46,794 nucleotides of DNA from Candidatus Limnocylindrales bacterium (GCA_035692745.1 DASSHR010000322.1:1-46794), one strand, 5' to 3'. Counted from the first letter of the stretch, positions 32,879 to 41,773 are shown. Notes: generated by a model from the sequence alone, not told the origin. A program made the numbers and translations.

Positions 32879-34141
32879 CTATCGGTTCGCGCCGCCGCTG
32901 GGTGCGCGGCTGCGCAGCTGGTAGCTCGCCGCGGCGTGCACCGATTTGAGGGCCAGCGGCGCCATCGGCGCGCGCCACCGGGCGTCCTCGGCTCGCAGCT
33001 CCGCCACGAGCGACAGGAGGTCCGGATCGCTGCCCGCGTACCCGGCGATCCGCTCGGCGACGGCGCGAACCCCGTGGGCCGCGCGGCCGAGGTCACCGTG
33101 CCGGTTCAGCTGGACCGCCTCCTGCCGGGCGCGCGCCGCGAACAGCTTCGCGACCGCCAGGTCCACGGTCCGATCGCGCGCCTGCGCGTCGTTGGTGCGG
33201 TCGTCCGCGAACTCCCAGCCGATGCCCGCGGGCGCGACGCCCGCGGCGGCCAGCACACCCTCGCGATCCGATGCGTCGACGCGCAGCCCGACCTCGCGGC
33301 CGACCTGGCCGTAGCCGAACTTGACGCGCAGGACCACCTGCAGTCGCTGCTCGGCCACGAGGTCGCCGAGCAGGACCCGGACACGGTCGCCACGCTGCTC
33401 GAGCGGATACGGCGAGAGGGTCGTCACCGAGACGGCGTCCGGCACGGTCACGTCGAGCACCGCGTCCCGGACGACGACCTGCAGCAGCTCACCCACCTCG
33501 GTCGCGATGTGGTCCTGGATCTGCGCAGCGCGCTCGATGAAGTAGAAGTGCCCGCCGCCGGCATCGGCCATCGACTGGAGGAGCGTCTCGTCGAAGTCCG
33601 CGCCCACGCCGAAGGTGCTCGTCGTCACGCCGCGCGCCCGCAGCTCCCGGGCATGCCGGGCGAGCTCCGCAGGATCGACGATCCCGACGTTCGCCAATCC
33701 GTCCGTCAGCACGAGCGTGCGATTGACGCCGGCCGGCCCCATCGACAGCGCGACCTGCTCGGCCCCGCGCAGCCAACCGCCGCCGAGGTCCGTCGAGCCA
33801 CGAGCATCGATGGCCCGCAGGCGGTCGATGGCGTTCGTCTTCGCTTCGCGCGAAGCGGACGTCGTCTCGACCACGACGTCGATACGGTCGTCGTAGCAGA
33901 CGATCGAGAACCGGTCGCTCGGCAGCAGCCGGTCAATGGCCGTCTCGATGGCCTGCTTCGCGAGAGCGAGCTTGTCGCCGGACATGGAGCCCGAGCGGTC
34001 GAGGACGAAGGCGAGGTTGACGGGCTCGCGCCGTGCCTGGCGCGGCGCCGGCGGCGCGTCGAGCTCCACGAGCACGAAACGCTCACTGCGGTGGGTCGAC
34101 CGTACGAAGCGGCGATCCGATCGCGCACGAAGGGTGGTCAT
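32879..34141 (-). CDS. von Willebrand factor type A (vWA) domain protein, cytoplasmic-looking
   Basis: ORF 32879..34369 trimmed to ATG 34141 (MTTLRARSDRRFV...). MIDAS motif DRSGSMSG, TDLGGG, LVLTDGLANVG, followed by a roughly 200-aa C-terminal region. The start overlaps the MerR stop (ATGA). Confidence 0.8.
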   Translation of the reverse strand: MTTLRARSDRRFVRSTHRSERFVLVELDAPPAPRQARREPVNLAFVLDRSGSMSGDKLALAKQAIETAIDRLLPSDRFSIVCYDDRIDVVVETTSASREAKTNAIDRLRAIDARGSTDLGGGWLRGAEQVALSMGPAGVNRTLVLTDGLANVGIVDPAELARHARELRARGVTTSTFGVGADFDETLLQSMADAGGGHFYFIERAAQIQDHIATEVGELLQVVVRDAVLDVTVPDAVSVTTLSPYPLEQRGDRVRVLLGDLVAEQRLQVVLRVKFGYGQVGREVGLRVDASDREGVLAAAGVAPAGIGWEFADDRTNDAQARDRTVDLAVAKLFAARARQEAVQLNRHGDLGRAAHGVRAVAERIAGYAGSDPDLLSLVAELRAEDARWRAPMAPLALKSVHAAASYQLRSRAPSGGANR

Positions 34142-34782
34142 GGCTGTTCCTCCTTGAGGACCTGGCGCGCGATCGTGATCAGGCGCTCGACCCGTTTCTG
34201 CTCGAGCCGGCCCAGCGGCCGGCGGACGTGGAGCTCGAGATTGGGCCCGAGCGAGAGGCGCTCCCACTGGGAGCGTTCGATGGTCTGGTGGTCCGGTGCC
34301 GGCGCCGACGCCTCCGCGTATGGAGCGGCAACCTCGGCAAGGGATGGCATTGCCATCCGACGGAGCCACCTGCCGGCGGGCGGGGCGTCGCGCATCGCGG
34401 GCATCGCGGGCATCGCGCCGGGGGCGCGGGTCGCGAGCGGCGTCGCTGCCGGCGCCGGGGCTGCGAGGACGGACCGGACGTAGTCCAGGGCGGACGTGGT
34501 TGGCTCGGCGACCGCCGGCGATGCGGAAGCAGCGAGGTCCGCCACCTCGGCATCGGTCAGGGCCGCGAGCCGGGCGCGGATCTCGGCGAGCGGAAGGTGC
34601 TGCTGCTGGAGCCGCCGGACCAGGCGCAGGCGAGCGAGATGCGCGTCGCCGTAATGCGCTCCGGGCCCCGATTCGCCGGACGCCGGGATCAGGCCCTGCG
34701 CCAGGTAGTAGCGGATGGTGCGGACGGTGAGCCCGGTGAGGCCGGCGAGGTCGCTGATCGAATAGGGAACGTCGGATGGCAC
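34138..34782 (-). CDS. MerR-family transcriptional regulator
   Basis: GTG 34782. HTH YSISDLAGLTGLTVRTIRYYLAQGLI, followed by a coiled-coil and a roughly 130-aa C-terminal region. Confidence 0.8.
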   Translation of the reverse strand: MPSDVPYSISDLAGLTGLTVRTIRYYLAQGLIPASGESGPGAHYGDAHLARLRLVRRLQQQHLPLAEIRARLAALTDAEVADLAASASPAVAEPTTSALDYVRSVLAAPAPAATPLATRAPGAMPAMPAMRDAPPAGRWLRRMAMPSLAEVAAPYAEASAPAPDHQTIERSQWERLSLGPNLELHVRRPLGRLEQKRVERLITIARQVLKEEQP

Positions 34783-34788
34783 CCGGTA

Positions 34789-34816
34789 ACTATACAGTCA
34801 CCAGTCCGACTGTCAA
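34789..34816 (-). promoter_or_regulatory. Near-consensus promoter TTGACA-16 nt-TATAGT with embedded dyad; predicted leaderless start of the MerR gene
   Basis: The minus strand reads TTGACAgtcggactggtgactgTATAGTtaccggGTG. The -10 element ends 6 nt before the GTG start codon. The dyad ACAGTC-N9-GACTGT spans the spacer. Confidence 0.55.
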
Positions 34817-34852
34817 GACCGCCGCGTCTCGCGCATCTCGCGCGTCGTGGCG

Positions 34853-35812
34853 CTACGCGATGCCGCCGTCCACCATCGGCACGACCTCGCCGATCCAGCG
34901 GTCGATCGTCTCGTCGTCATACGGCGCGGCGAGCTCGGCGAGGAACGTATGGAAGCCGAGCGCCTTCGCCTCGGCCATCTTCTCCGCGACGAGCTCCGGC
35001 GTGCCCACCCAGAACGTGTCGTCATCGGCGACCTCGGCCATCGGCGTCCGGTTGTGCGCCATCTGGGCCTCCCAGACGCGTCGTGCCTCCTCGACCGTGT
35101 TGCGGATGATCGGCTTGCAGCCGCCGGTGAGCTCGATCTCGGCGATGTCCCGGCCGACGTCGTCGCAATGTCGCTGGAGGACCTCGATCTTGTGCTCCAG
35201 GAACTCGCGGCTGCCCATCGCGTTCCACATGTCGGCGTGCAGCGCGACCGATCGCAGCGTCTTCTTCTCGCCCGACCCGCCGATGAGGATCGGCAGGCGC
35301 GCCTGGATGGGCCGCGGCAGCAGGGCGAAGTCGTCGAGCGCGTAGTGCCCGCCCGCCGGCGACGTGTACCGCTCGCCCGCGAACAGCGTCTCGAGCGCGG
35401 ACGCGGTCTCCTCCATCCAGTCGAGCCGCTGCCCAAAGCCGCTGCCGAAATCGATGCCCGCCGCCTCGTGCTCGAGCTCCATCCAGGCGCCGCCGATGCC
35501 TGCGATGGCCCGGCCGCCGCTCGCGTGGTCGATCGTCGTGAGCATCTTCGCGACGACCGCGGGATTGCGGAACGTGTTGGCCCCGACGAGCAGGCCGAGG
35601 CGGATCCGCTTCGTGATCCCGGCCCAGGTCGCCAGCGTCGTGTAGCCCTCGAAGATGGGCTGGTACGGGTCCCCGAAGATCGCGTAGAGGTGATCCCACG
35701 CGAGCAGGTAGTCGTACCCGAGCTCGTCCATCCGGAGCGCCGCGCGCTGCATCGAGGGCCAATCCGTGGCCTGGTTCCAGAGCAGGATCCCGAGGCGGGT
35801 TTGCTTCGTCAT
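34853..35812 (-). CDS. LLM-class (luciferase-like) F420-dependent oxidoreductase
   Basis: ORF 34853..36598 trimmed to ATG 35812 (MTKQTRLGILLWNQATDW...). Sequence features: DELGYDYLLAWDHL, RIRLGLLVGANTFRNPAV, IAGIGGAW, LIGGSGEKKTL. Confidence 0.85.
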   Translation of the reverse strand: MTKQTRLGILLWNQATDWPSMQRAALRMDELGYDYLLAWDHLYAIFGDPYQPIFEGYTTLATWAGITKRIRLGLLVGANTFRNPAVVAKMLTTIDHASGGRAIAGIGGAWMELEHEAAGIDFGSGFGQRLDWMEETASALETLFAGERYTSPAGGHYALDDFALLPRPIQARLPILIGGSGEKKTLRSVALHADMWNAMGSREFLEHKIEVLQRHCDDVGRDIAEIELTGGCKPIIRNTVEEARRVWEAQMAHNRTPMAEVADDDTFWVGTPELVAEKMAEAKALGFHTFLAELAAPYDDETIDRWIGEVVPMVDGGIA

Positions 35813-35817
35813 GCCGG

Positions 35818-36990
35818 CTACGGTATGCCATCCACGGCCGGTCGCACGACCACCGCGCCGTCGCTGGACCCGCGCACCGCGATGGCAACCGCCACGACGG
35901 ACGCGAGCGCGATCACCGTCGCCGTGCCGAACAATCCGGCGAGCCCGACCTGCGCCGCGATGGCGCCCCCCGCTGCCGCGGCGACGACGGAGCTCAGGCC
36001 GTTGGCGATGCCCTGGAAGATGCCCTGCCCGGTTGCGGCGACGTCGCGCGGCAGGCGCTCCGACACGAAGGTGATCGCCCCGATCGTGAACAGCGCGTAG
36101 CCGACCCCGCCGATTCCCGCTCCCGCGACGAGGAACTCCGGCGTCGTGCTGATTGCCGAGAGGAAGCTGCGCAGGGCGAGCACGATGGCGCCGACGACGA
36201 GCAGTCGATGGCCGCCGAACCGTCGAGCGAGCCAGGGAAACGCGAGCATCGTCGGCACCTCGATCGCGGCGGGGATGGCGGAGCCGAGACCCACGATCGT
36301 CCGGCTGCCGCCGAGCTCGTCGATGCGGAGCGGCTGGAAGTCGATCGTGACGAACAGCGCCGCGCCGGACAGGAAGCCACCGATCATGAACACGCCCAGC
36401 GGCCCGCCGCGAAACCGCTCGAGCGCGGAGCGCAGCGGCCGTTCGGCTCGCCGGTGGGCGATCGGGTGCAGGCCCAACCCCAGCAGCGCCGTGAGGACAT
36501 ACAGCGAGCCGGCAACCCAGAACAGCACCCACAGGCCGAGCGCCTGGGTCGCGATCCCGGTGAGCAGCGACGAGACCACCCAGCCCAGCGAGCCCCACGC
36601 GCGCAGCGGGCCGAACCCCGCTCGCTCGTCACCGGCATGCTCGAGGGCGCGCGCATCGATGATCGGTGAGAGGCCGGCGATACCGATCGACAGCACGACG
36701 TTCGCGGCAAGGATCCCGGAGAACTCGTCGGCCAGGGCGAGTCCGGCGAGGCCCACCAGCGCGACCGCCGCACCGGCGACGAGCACGCGGGGCGATCCGG
36801 CGACCCGGTCCGACAGGGCGCCCCACAGCGGCGAGGCCACGAGGCCCAGCAGCGCGCCGATGGACAGGAGCAGCCCGATCCGGGCGAGGTCGAGACCGCG
36901 CGACTGGTAGTAGAGCGTCGAGTACGGGAGGAACGCCCCGCCTCCGGCGTACAGCGCGAAATAGACGAGGGCCGGCCGGCGGATCCTCAA
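35818..36990 (-). CDS. MFS transporter (MFS_1_like / nucleoside-H+ symporter-like)
   Basis: ORF 35818..37785 trimmed to TTG 36990, which overlaps the GH4 stop as TTGA. The product is 390 aa with about 12 TM segments beginning LRIRRPALVYFALYAGGGAFLPY. A start further upstream would overlap GH4. Confidence 0.75.
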   Translation of the reverse strand: MRIRRPALVYFALYAGGGAFLPYSTLYYQSRGLDLARIGLLLSIGALLGLVASPLWGALSDRVAGSPRVLVAGAAVALVGLAGLALADEFSGILAANVVLSIGIAGLSPIIDARALEHAGDERAGFGPLRAWGSLGWVVSSLLTGIATQALGLWVLFWVAGSLYVLTALLGLGLHPIAHRRAERPLRSALERFRGGPLGVFMIGGFLSGAALFVTIDFQPLRIDELGGSRTIVGLGSAIPAAIEVPTMLAFPWLARRFGGHRLLVVGAIVLALRSFLSAISTTPEFLVAGAGIGGVGYALFTIGAITFVSERLPRDVAATGQGIFQGIANGLSSVVAAAAGGAIAAQVGLAGLFGTATVIALASVVAVAIAVRGSSDGAVVVRPAVDGIP

Positions 36991-38276
36991 CCCTGGCGCG
37001 GGAAGAACCGCGGCAGGTGCGTGCGGTTGGCGTCGAGAAGGGCCGCGAGCAGCGGCTCGGCGATGGACCATCGCGCGACGAGCGGATTGGCCAGGAGTGC
37101 CTGCAGCGCGACGCCGCGATCGCCGGTTTTCGCCGCGGTGACCGCGAGCTCCTCGTACGCCTTCATGGATTGCACGAGGCCGCGCATGCCGGCCTGGAGC
37201 GGCGCCTGCGGGATGACCTGCGCGCCGTCGCGGGTGATCCGCGCGGGGACCTCGACGACCGCGTGATCCGGGAGCTCCGGGAGGGCGCGGGCGCCTGATC
37301 CGTCGCCGTTGCGGATGTCGACGACCTGGACGTCGCCCCGGCCGTCGTGCAGCGAGGCGATGAGCTGCGCCGCCGCCTCCGAGTAGAACGCGCCGCCGCG
37401 GCGCTCGAGCAGCTTCGGCTTCTCGTCGAGGTTCGGGTTGCGATACATGTCCAGGAGCTCGCCTTCGATGTCCATGACCTCCGCGGCCCGGGTCTCGCCG
37501 CCCTCGAGCTGGCCGCGGAGCACCTGGTCGAACGCGTAGTAGTACTTGAGGTAGTAGCTCGGGATCGCCTCGAGCAGGCGGATCAGCTCGGCCGGCGTGC
37601 CCACGTCCTCCGCCAGGGCCTCGGCATGCAGCCGGAGGATGTTCGGCAAGCGATCCTCGCCGTCGACCTTCACGGACCTGATCCACGACAGGTGGTTCAG
37701 CCCGACGTGGCCCAGCTCCACCTGCTCCGGCGTCACGTGGTTGCGCTCCGCGAATCGGCGCTGGAACCCGATCGCGACGTTGCACAGCCCAATCGCCCGG
37801 TGGCCCTCGTCGAGGAGCGCCTGGGTGACGATCCCGACGGGGTTCGTGAAATCGACGATCCAGGCGCCCGGGGCCCCCCGGCGGGCCGTTCGCTCGGCGA
37901 TGTCGAGGACGACGGGCACGGTGCGCAGCGCCTTCGCAAACCCGCCGGCGCCCGTGGTCTCCTGGCCGATCGTCCCGAACGTCGGCGGCAGCGTCTCGTC
38001 CACCAGGCGGGCCGCCTGGCCGCCGACCCGAAGCTGGATGAGCACGAAGCTCGCGCCGTCGAGCGCGGCGTCGGTGTCACCGGTGAGGCTGAGCGTTCCG
38101 GGCCAGCCGAGGCGCCGGAGCATCCGCCCCGCGAGGCCGCCGACGATCTCGAGCCGCTCCGGATCGATGTCGAGGAGCACGAGCTCGTCGACGGGCAATC
38201 GGTCCGCGCGCCGCGCGATGCCCTCGATCAGCTCCGGCGTATAGGTGCTGCCGCCCCCGACCACTGCGAGCTTCAC
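36987..38276 (-). CDS. Glycoside hydrolase family 4, 6-phospho-beta-glucosidase (ChbF/CelF-like)
   Basis: GTG 38276 (VKLAVVGGGSTYTPELIEG; alt TTG 38282). It tracks E. coli ChbF along its whole length: LRVGGQAARLVDE, GQETTGAGGFAKALRTVPV, FTNPVGIVTQA, GLCNV, GLNHLSW, RGGAFYSEAA. Confidence 0.9.
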   Translation of the reverse strand: MKLAVVGGGSTYTPELIEGIARRADRLPVDELVLLDIDPERLEIVGGLAGRMLRRLGWPGTLSLTGDTDAALDGASFVLIQLRVGGQAARLVDETLPPTFGTIGQETTGAGGFAKALRTVPVVLDIAERTARRGAPGAWIVDFTNPVGIVTQALLDEGHRAIGLCNVAIGFQRRFAERNHVTPEQVELGHVGLNHLSWIRSVKVDGEDRLPNILRLHAEALAEDVGTPAELIRLLEAIPSYYLKYYYAFDQVLRGQLEGGETRAAEVMDIEGELLDMYRNPNLDEKPKLLERRGGAFYSEAAAQLIASLHDGRGDVQVVDIRNGDGSGARALPELPDHAVVEVPARITRDGAQVIPQAPLQAGMRGLVQSMKAYEELAVTAAKTGDRGVALQALLANPLVARWSIAEPLLAALLDANRTHLPRFFPRQG

Positions 38277-38303
38277 GCCCAACCGCAGCCTCGCTTTCCG
38301 CCC

Positions 38304-38334
38304 TTGACAACCGATGGATTGCTTATAACGTTAT
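38304..38334 (+). promoter_or_regulatory. Candidate promoter (TTGACA-16 nt-TAACGT) with perfect 10-bp palindrome ATAACGTTAT on the -10; likely GntR/HutC operator
   Basis: TTGACA 38304-09, TAACGT 38326-31, palindrome 38325-34. It lies in the AT-richest part of the 146-bp divergent region between GH4 and the GntR gene. Confidence 0.45.
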
Positions 38335-38357
38335 CAACTCTCGCACGGGATACAAGG

Positions 38358-38402
38358 GGCAACGTCCACCGCGGCAACGTCCACAGCGGCAACGTCCAGG
38401 TC
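38358..38402 (+). repeat. 15-bp x3 direct repeat in the leader of the GntR gene
   Basis: ggcaacgtccaccgc / ggcaacgtccacagc / ggcaacgtccaggtc. Each unit contains the AACGT core of the upstream palindrome. The array ends 20 nt before GTG 38423. Confidence 0.85.
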
Positions 38403-38422
38403 GAGGAGGAGACCAGCGACCC

Positions 38423-39208
38423 GTGGCGCGCTACCGGCTTGAGCTCGGTCCTGTTCCGCTGCATCACCAGGTCTATCTTGACCTCAAGGCAGCGATGGAT
38501 GCGGGCGAGCACGCCCCCGGCGACCAGCTGCCTCCCGAACGCGAGCTCGCGCGCCGCTACGGCTGCAGCCTCATCACGATCCGTCGGGCGCTCGACGAGC
38601 TATCGCGCGAGGGCCGCGTCCAACGCCACCGGGGTCGCGGCACCTTCGTCCTGCCCCCGCGCCTCGACCGCGACATCGCGGGCGCCATGTCCTTCGCCGA
38701 GGAGATGCAGCATCGCGGCCTGGATCCGGAGACGCGGCTCGTCGCCGCACGGCCGGAGGCGGCCGGCGAATCGGTCGCGGCCGCGCTCGCGCTCGAGGTC
38801 GGCTCCCCGACCCTGTACCTGGAGCGGCTCCGCCTCGCCGGCGGCGAGCCGTTGCTGCTCGAGATGGTCCACCTGCCCGCGGAGCGATTCCCGGGCCTGC
38901 TGGCCAGCGACCTCGAGCACAACTCCCTCTACGACGTCCTCACCGAGCGGTACGGGACCCCCGTGGTTCGTGCCCGGGAGGCCCTCGAGCCGGTGCTCCT
39001 CCCGGCCCGCGAGGCACGCCTCCTCGGGCTCGAGCCGCGGAGTCTCGCGCTGCTCGTGGAGGGCATCGCGTACACCCGGGATGACACGCCGGTGGAGTTC
39101 GGGCGGACGTACGTTCGCGGAGACCGAACCCGCTACTACGTCGAACGGGTCCACGTCCGGTCCGGCATGAGCCGGATCCGGCAAGCAGGGCCGGCGCTCG
39201 CCGGCTGA
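38423..39208 (+). CDS. GntR-family regulator, HutC subfamily (wHTH + UTRA)
   Basis: GTG 38423 with GAGGAGGA 12 nt upstream. wHTH LPPERELARRYGCSLITIRRALDELSREGRVQRHRGRGTFV, then a UTRA-like effector domain. Confidence 0.85.
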   Translation: MARYRLELGPVPLHHQVYLDLKAAMDAGEHAPGDQLPPERELARRYGCSLITIRRALDELSREGRVQRHRGRGTFVLPPRLDRDIAGAMSFAEEMQHRGLDPETRLVAARPEAAGESVAAALALEVGSPTLYLERLRLAGGEPLLLEMVHLPAERFPGLLASDLEHNSLYDVLTERYGTPVVRAREALEPVLLPAREARLLGLEPRSLALLVEGIAYTRDDTPVEFGRTYVRGDRTRYYVERVHVRSGMSRIRQAGPALAG

Positions 39209-39224
39209 TCGAGAGGAGGCGCTC

Positions 39225-40679
39225 GTGCACTCGAGATCCCGCATCACCGGGCTGCTGGCGACGATCGCGATCGTCGTCTCGGCCTGCGGTGGGAACACCG
39301 CGTCGCCGGCTGCGACCGGCGGCGGGTCGACCGCCGCCGCGACGGGCGGCGCGACGACCGCTCCCGGCACACCGGCGGCCCCCGCGTCGTTCGCGCCGGC
39401 CGCCCTGCGCTGGTACTGCTGCCTGGGCACCGGCGAGGATCCGTCGCAGGTTCCGACCGAGAACCAGGTGGCGGACGGCTTTGCCGCGAAGCACCCCGGC
39501 AGCAGCCTCAAGCTCGAGGTCGTGACCTACCAGGCCGCGCGCGACACGCTGTCGACCCAGATCGGCGGCGGCAACAGTCCGGATGTCGTCGGCCCGACCG
39601 GCGTCGGCGGCCTCGCCGCGTTCCAGGGCCAGTGGCTGGACCTCGCGCCGTACATTGCCAAGACCGGCTACGACACGAGCCAGTACGACCCGTCCGCCGT
39701 CGCCTTCTACAACACGCCGGACGGCCAGATCGGCCTGCCGTTCGCGATCTACCCGTCGATGGTCTGGTACAAGGCCGACATGTTCACGGAGGCCGGCCTC
39801 GCCGAGCCGCCGCACAAGTACGGCGACCAGTACACCCTCGACGGCCAGCAGGTCGAGTGGAACTACGACACCCTCCGGCAGATCGCGATGCGCCTCACGG
39901 TCGACAAGGCCGGCAAGGACGCGACGCAGGCCGGCTTCGACCCGAAGAACATCGTCCAGTACGGCTTCGAGCCGCAGCGCGACGACCTTCGCGGCCTCGG
40001 CGCCTACTGGGGCGCCGGCAACCTCGCCGGGGGCGCTGACGGCAAGACCGTCACGATCCCGGAGGACTGGAAGACCGCGTGGAAGTTCTTCTACGACGGC
40101 ATGTGGAAGGACCACTTCATCATGACCGGGCCGGTCTACCAGACCGACCAGTTCAACGGCGGCGGGTACGCGTTCTTCAGCGGCCGCGTCGCGATGAGCG
40201 AGAACTTCCTCTGGACCACCTACGGCGTCGCCGATTCCGGCAAGGACTGGAACCTCGCGGCCATCCCGGCGAACAACGGCAAGGTCACCTCGCCGCTTAA
40301 CGCCGACACGTTCGCCGTGCTGAAGGGCACGAAGAACCCCGATGCCGCGTGGGCAGCACTGCAGTACATCCTCGACGACTCGGCGGACACGCTCCTCGGC
40401 CTGTACGGCGGCATGCCGGCCCGGCCGGAGAAGCAGGATGCGTTCTTCACCTCGCTGACCACGAGCAAGGGCTTCGAGCCCACGGTCGACTGGCAGGTTG
40501 CGAAGGACAGCGTCCAGTACGCCGACAACCCGAACTTCGAAGCGCCGATGCCGAAGTACAACGAGACCCTGACCATCCTCAGCAAGTACCTGTCCAAGTG
40601 GACGGCCACGCCGGGCCTGGACATGGATGCCGAGATCGAGGCCATGCGGGCCGAGATCCAGGCCAAGTGGGATAGCTAG
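39225..40679 (+). CDS. CUT1 ABC transporter extracellular solute-binding lipoprotein
   Basis: GTG 39225 with GAGAGGAGG upstream. Lipobox IAIVVSAC-GGN. It is a family 1 SBP of about 480 aa. Confidence 0.85.
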   Translation: MHSRSRITGLLATIAIVVSACGGNTASPAATGGGSTAAATGGATTAPGTPAAPASFAPAALRWYCCLGTGEDPSQVPTENQVADGFAAKHPGSSLKLEVVTYQAARDTLSTQIGGGNSPDVVGPTGVGGLAAFQGQWLDLAPYIAKTGYDTSQYDPSAVAFYNTPDGQIGLPFAIYPSMVWYKADMFTEAGLAEPPHKYGDQYTLDGQQVEWNYDTLRQIAMRLTVDKAGKDATQAGFDPKNIVQYGFEPQRDDLRGLGAYWGAGNLAGGADGKTVTIPEDWKTAWKFFYDGMWKDHFIMTGPVYQTDQFNGGGYAFFSGRVAMSENFLWTTYGVADSGKDWNLAAIPANNGKVTSPLNADTFAVLKGTKNPDAAWAALQYILDDSADTLLGLYGGMPARPEKQDAFFTSLTTSKGFEPTVDWQVAKDSVQYADNPNFEAPMPKYNETLTILSKYLSKWTATPGLDMDAEIEAMRAEIQAKWDS

Positions 40680-40696
40680 CCCCGGATAGCTCCTCC

Positions 40697-40734
40697 GAGC
40701 GGGCGGTCCGCGACAACCTCCGGACCGCCCGCTC
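40697..40734 (+). terminator. Perfect 14-bp-stem hairpin between the SBP and first permease genes (attenuator/mRNA stabiliser)
   Basis: GAGCGGGCGGTCCG-cgacaacctc-CGGACCGCCCGCTC, 17 nt after the SBP stop. It is followed by a C/U-rich stretch with no clean U-run. Confidence 0.45.
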
Positions 40735-40783
40735 CGTATCCTTCGACCCGCTCCCTTCCTTCGCCCCGAGACAGGAGCATCGC

Positions 40784-41773
40784 TTGGACCAGGTTCCGGC
40801 CATCCTCGGACCGAGCTCCCCGACGCTCGCCGGCGCGCGCCGCCGGCGTCGGTTCGGCCTTCACTGGCGGAAGCTCTCGCCGATCGCCCGGCGCGAGGCC
40901 CGCCAGGGCTACCTCTACATCCTGCCGTGGATCCTCGGCTTCCTCGCCTTCACGCTGCTGCCGATGATCGCGACACTGGTCATGACGTTCCTCAACGTGA
41001 CCCTGTCGCAGGAAGTGCCGCTCGGCTTCGTCGGGCTCGACAACTGGACGCGGCTGTTCCGCGACAAGGACGTCTGGGACTCCCTGTCGGTCACCCTCCG
41101 GTTCGCGCTCCTGTGGCTGCCCATCTCGATCGTCGTCCCGTTCGCGATCGCGCTCGGGCTCAACGCCAAGTCCATCCGCGGCGCCGGGATCATGCGCAGC
41201 CTGTTCTTCATGCCGTACGTGGTGCCGTTCGTGGCCGGCGTGCTCGTGTGGGAGCAGCTGCTGGGCGACGATGGCTGGATCAACGGCGCGCTGCGGATCC
41301 TGGGCGTCGAGAATCCGCCGAGCTGGCTCTACGACAGCACCGCGGTGTTCCCTGCCCTCGCCATCGTCGGCATCTGGGGCATCGGCGCCGGCATCCTGAT
41401 CAACCTCGCCGGCCTGCGCGGGATCCCGACCGAGCTGTACGAGGCGTCGCGCATCGACGGCGCGGGCGCCTGGGCGCAGCTGCGCAACGTGACCATCCCG
41501 ATGATGTCCCCGATCCTCTTCTACACGCTGATCCTGGGCGTGGTCGAGGTGCTCCAGTACTTCCTCGTGCCCCTGGTGCTCAAGAACGGCACGGGCGAGC
41601 CGGGCGGTCAGACGCTCTTCTACAACCTCAACCTGTACAAGACGTTCTTCACCTACCAGCAGCTGTCGTACGGGGCAACGATGGCCTGGCTGCTCTTCGG
41701 GATCACGCTCGTGATCACCCTCGCGCTGTTCGCGCTGTCGCGGCGCTGGGTCTACTACGCGGGCGAACGATGA
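40784..41773 (+). CDS. CUT1 ABC transporter permease (MalF-like)
   Basis: TTG 40784 with AGGAG 6 nt upstream. EAA loop ELYEASRIDGAGAWAQLRNVTIPMM. Six TM segments. Confidence 0.8.
   Translation: MDQVPAILGPSSPTLAGARRRRRFGLHWRKLSPIARREARQGYLYILPWILGFLAFTLLPMIATLVMTFLNVTLSQEVPLGFVGLDNWTRLFRDKDVWDSLSVTLRFALLWLPISIVVPFAIALGLNAKSIRGAGIMRSLFFMPYVVPFVAGVLVWEQLLGDDGWINGALRILGVENPPSWLYDSTAVFPALAIVGIWGIGAGILINLAGLRGIPTELYEASRIDGAGAWAQLRNVTIPMMSPILFYTLILGVVEVLQYFLVPLVLKNGTGEPGGQTLFYNLNLYKTFFTYQQLSYGATMAWLLFGITLVITLALFALSRRWVYYAGER

Noticed and set aside
38358-38402. Direct repeats here and at 25382-25425 and 30920-30974, considered as a CRISPR array.
   Set aside because: The units are contiguous, at 8 to 15 bp with no spacers. 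They are far shorter than CRISPR repeats, and no cas genes are present.
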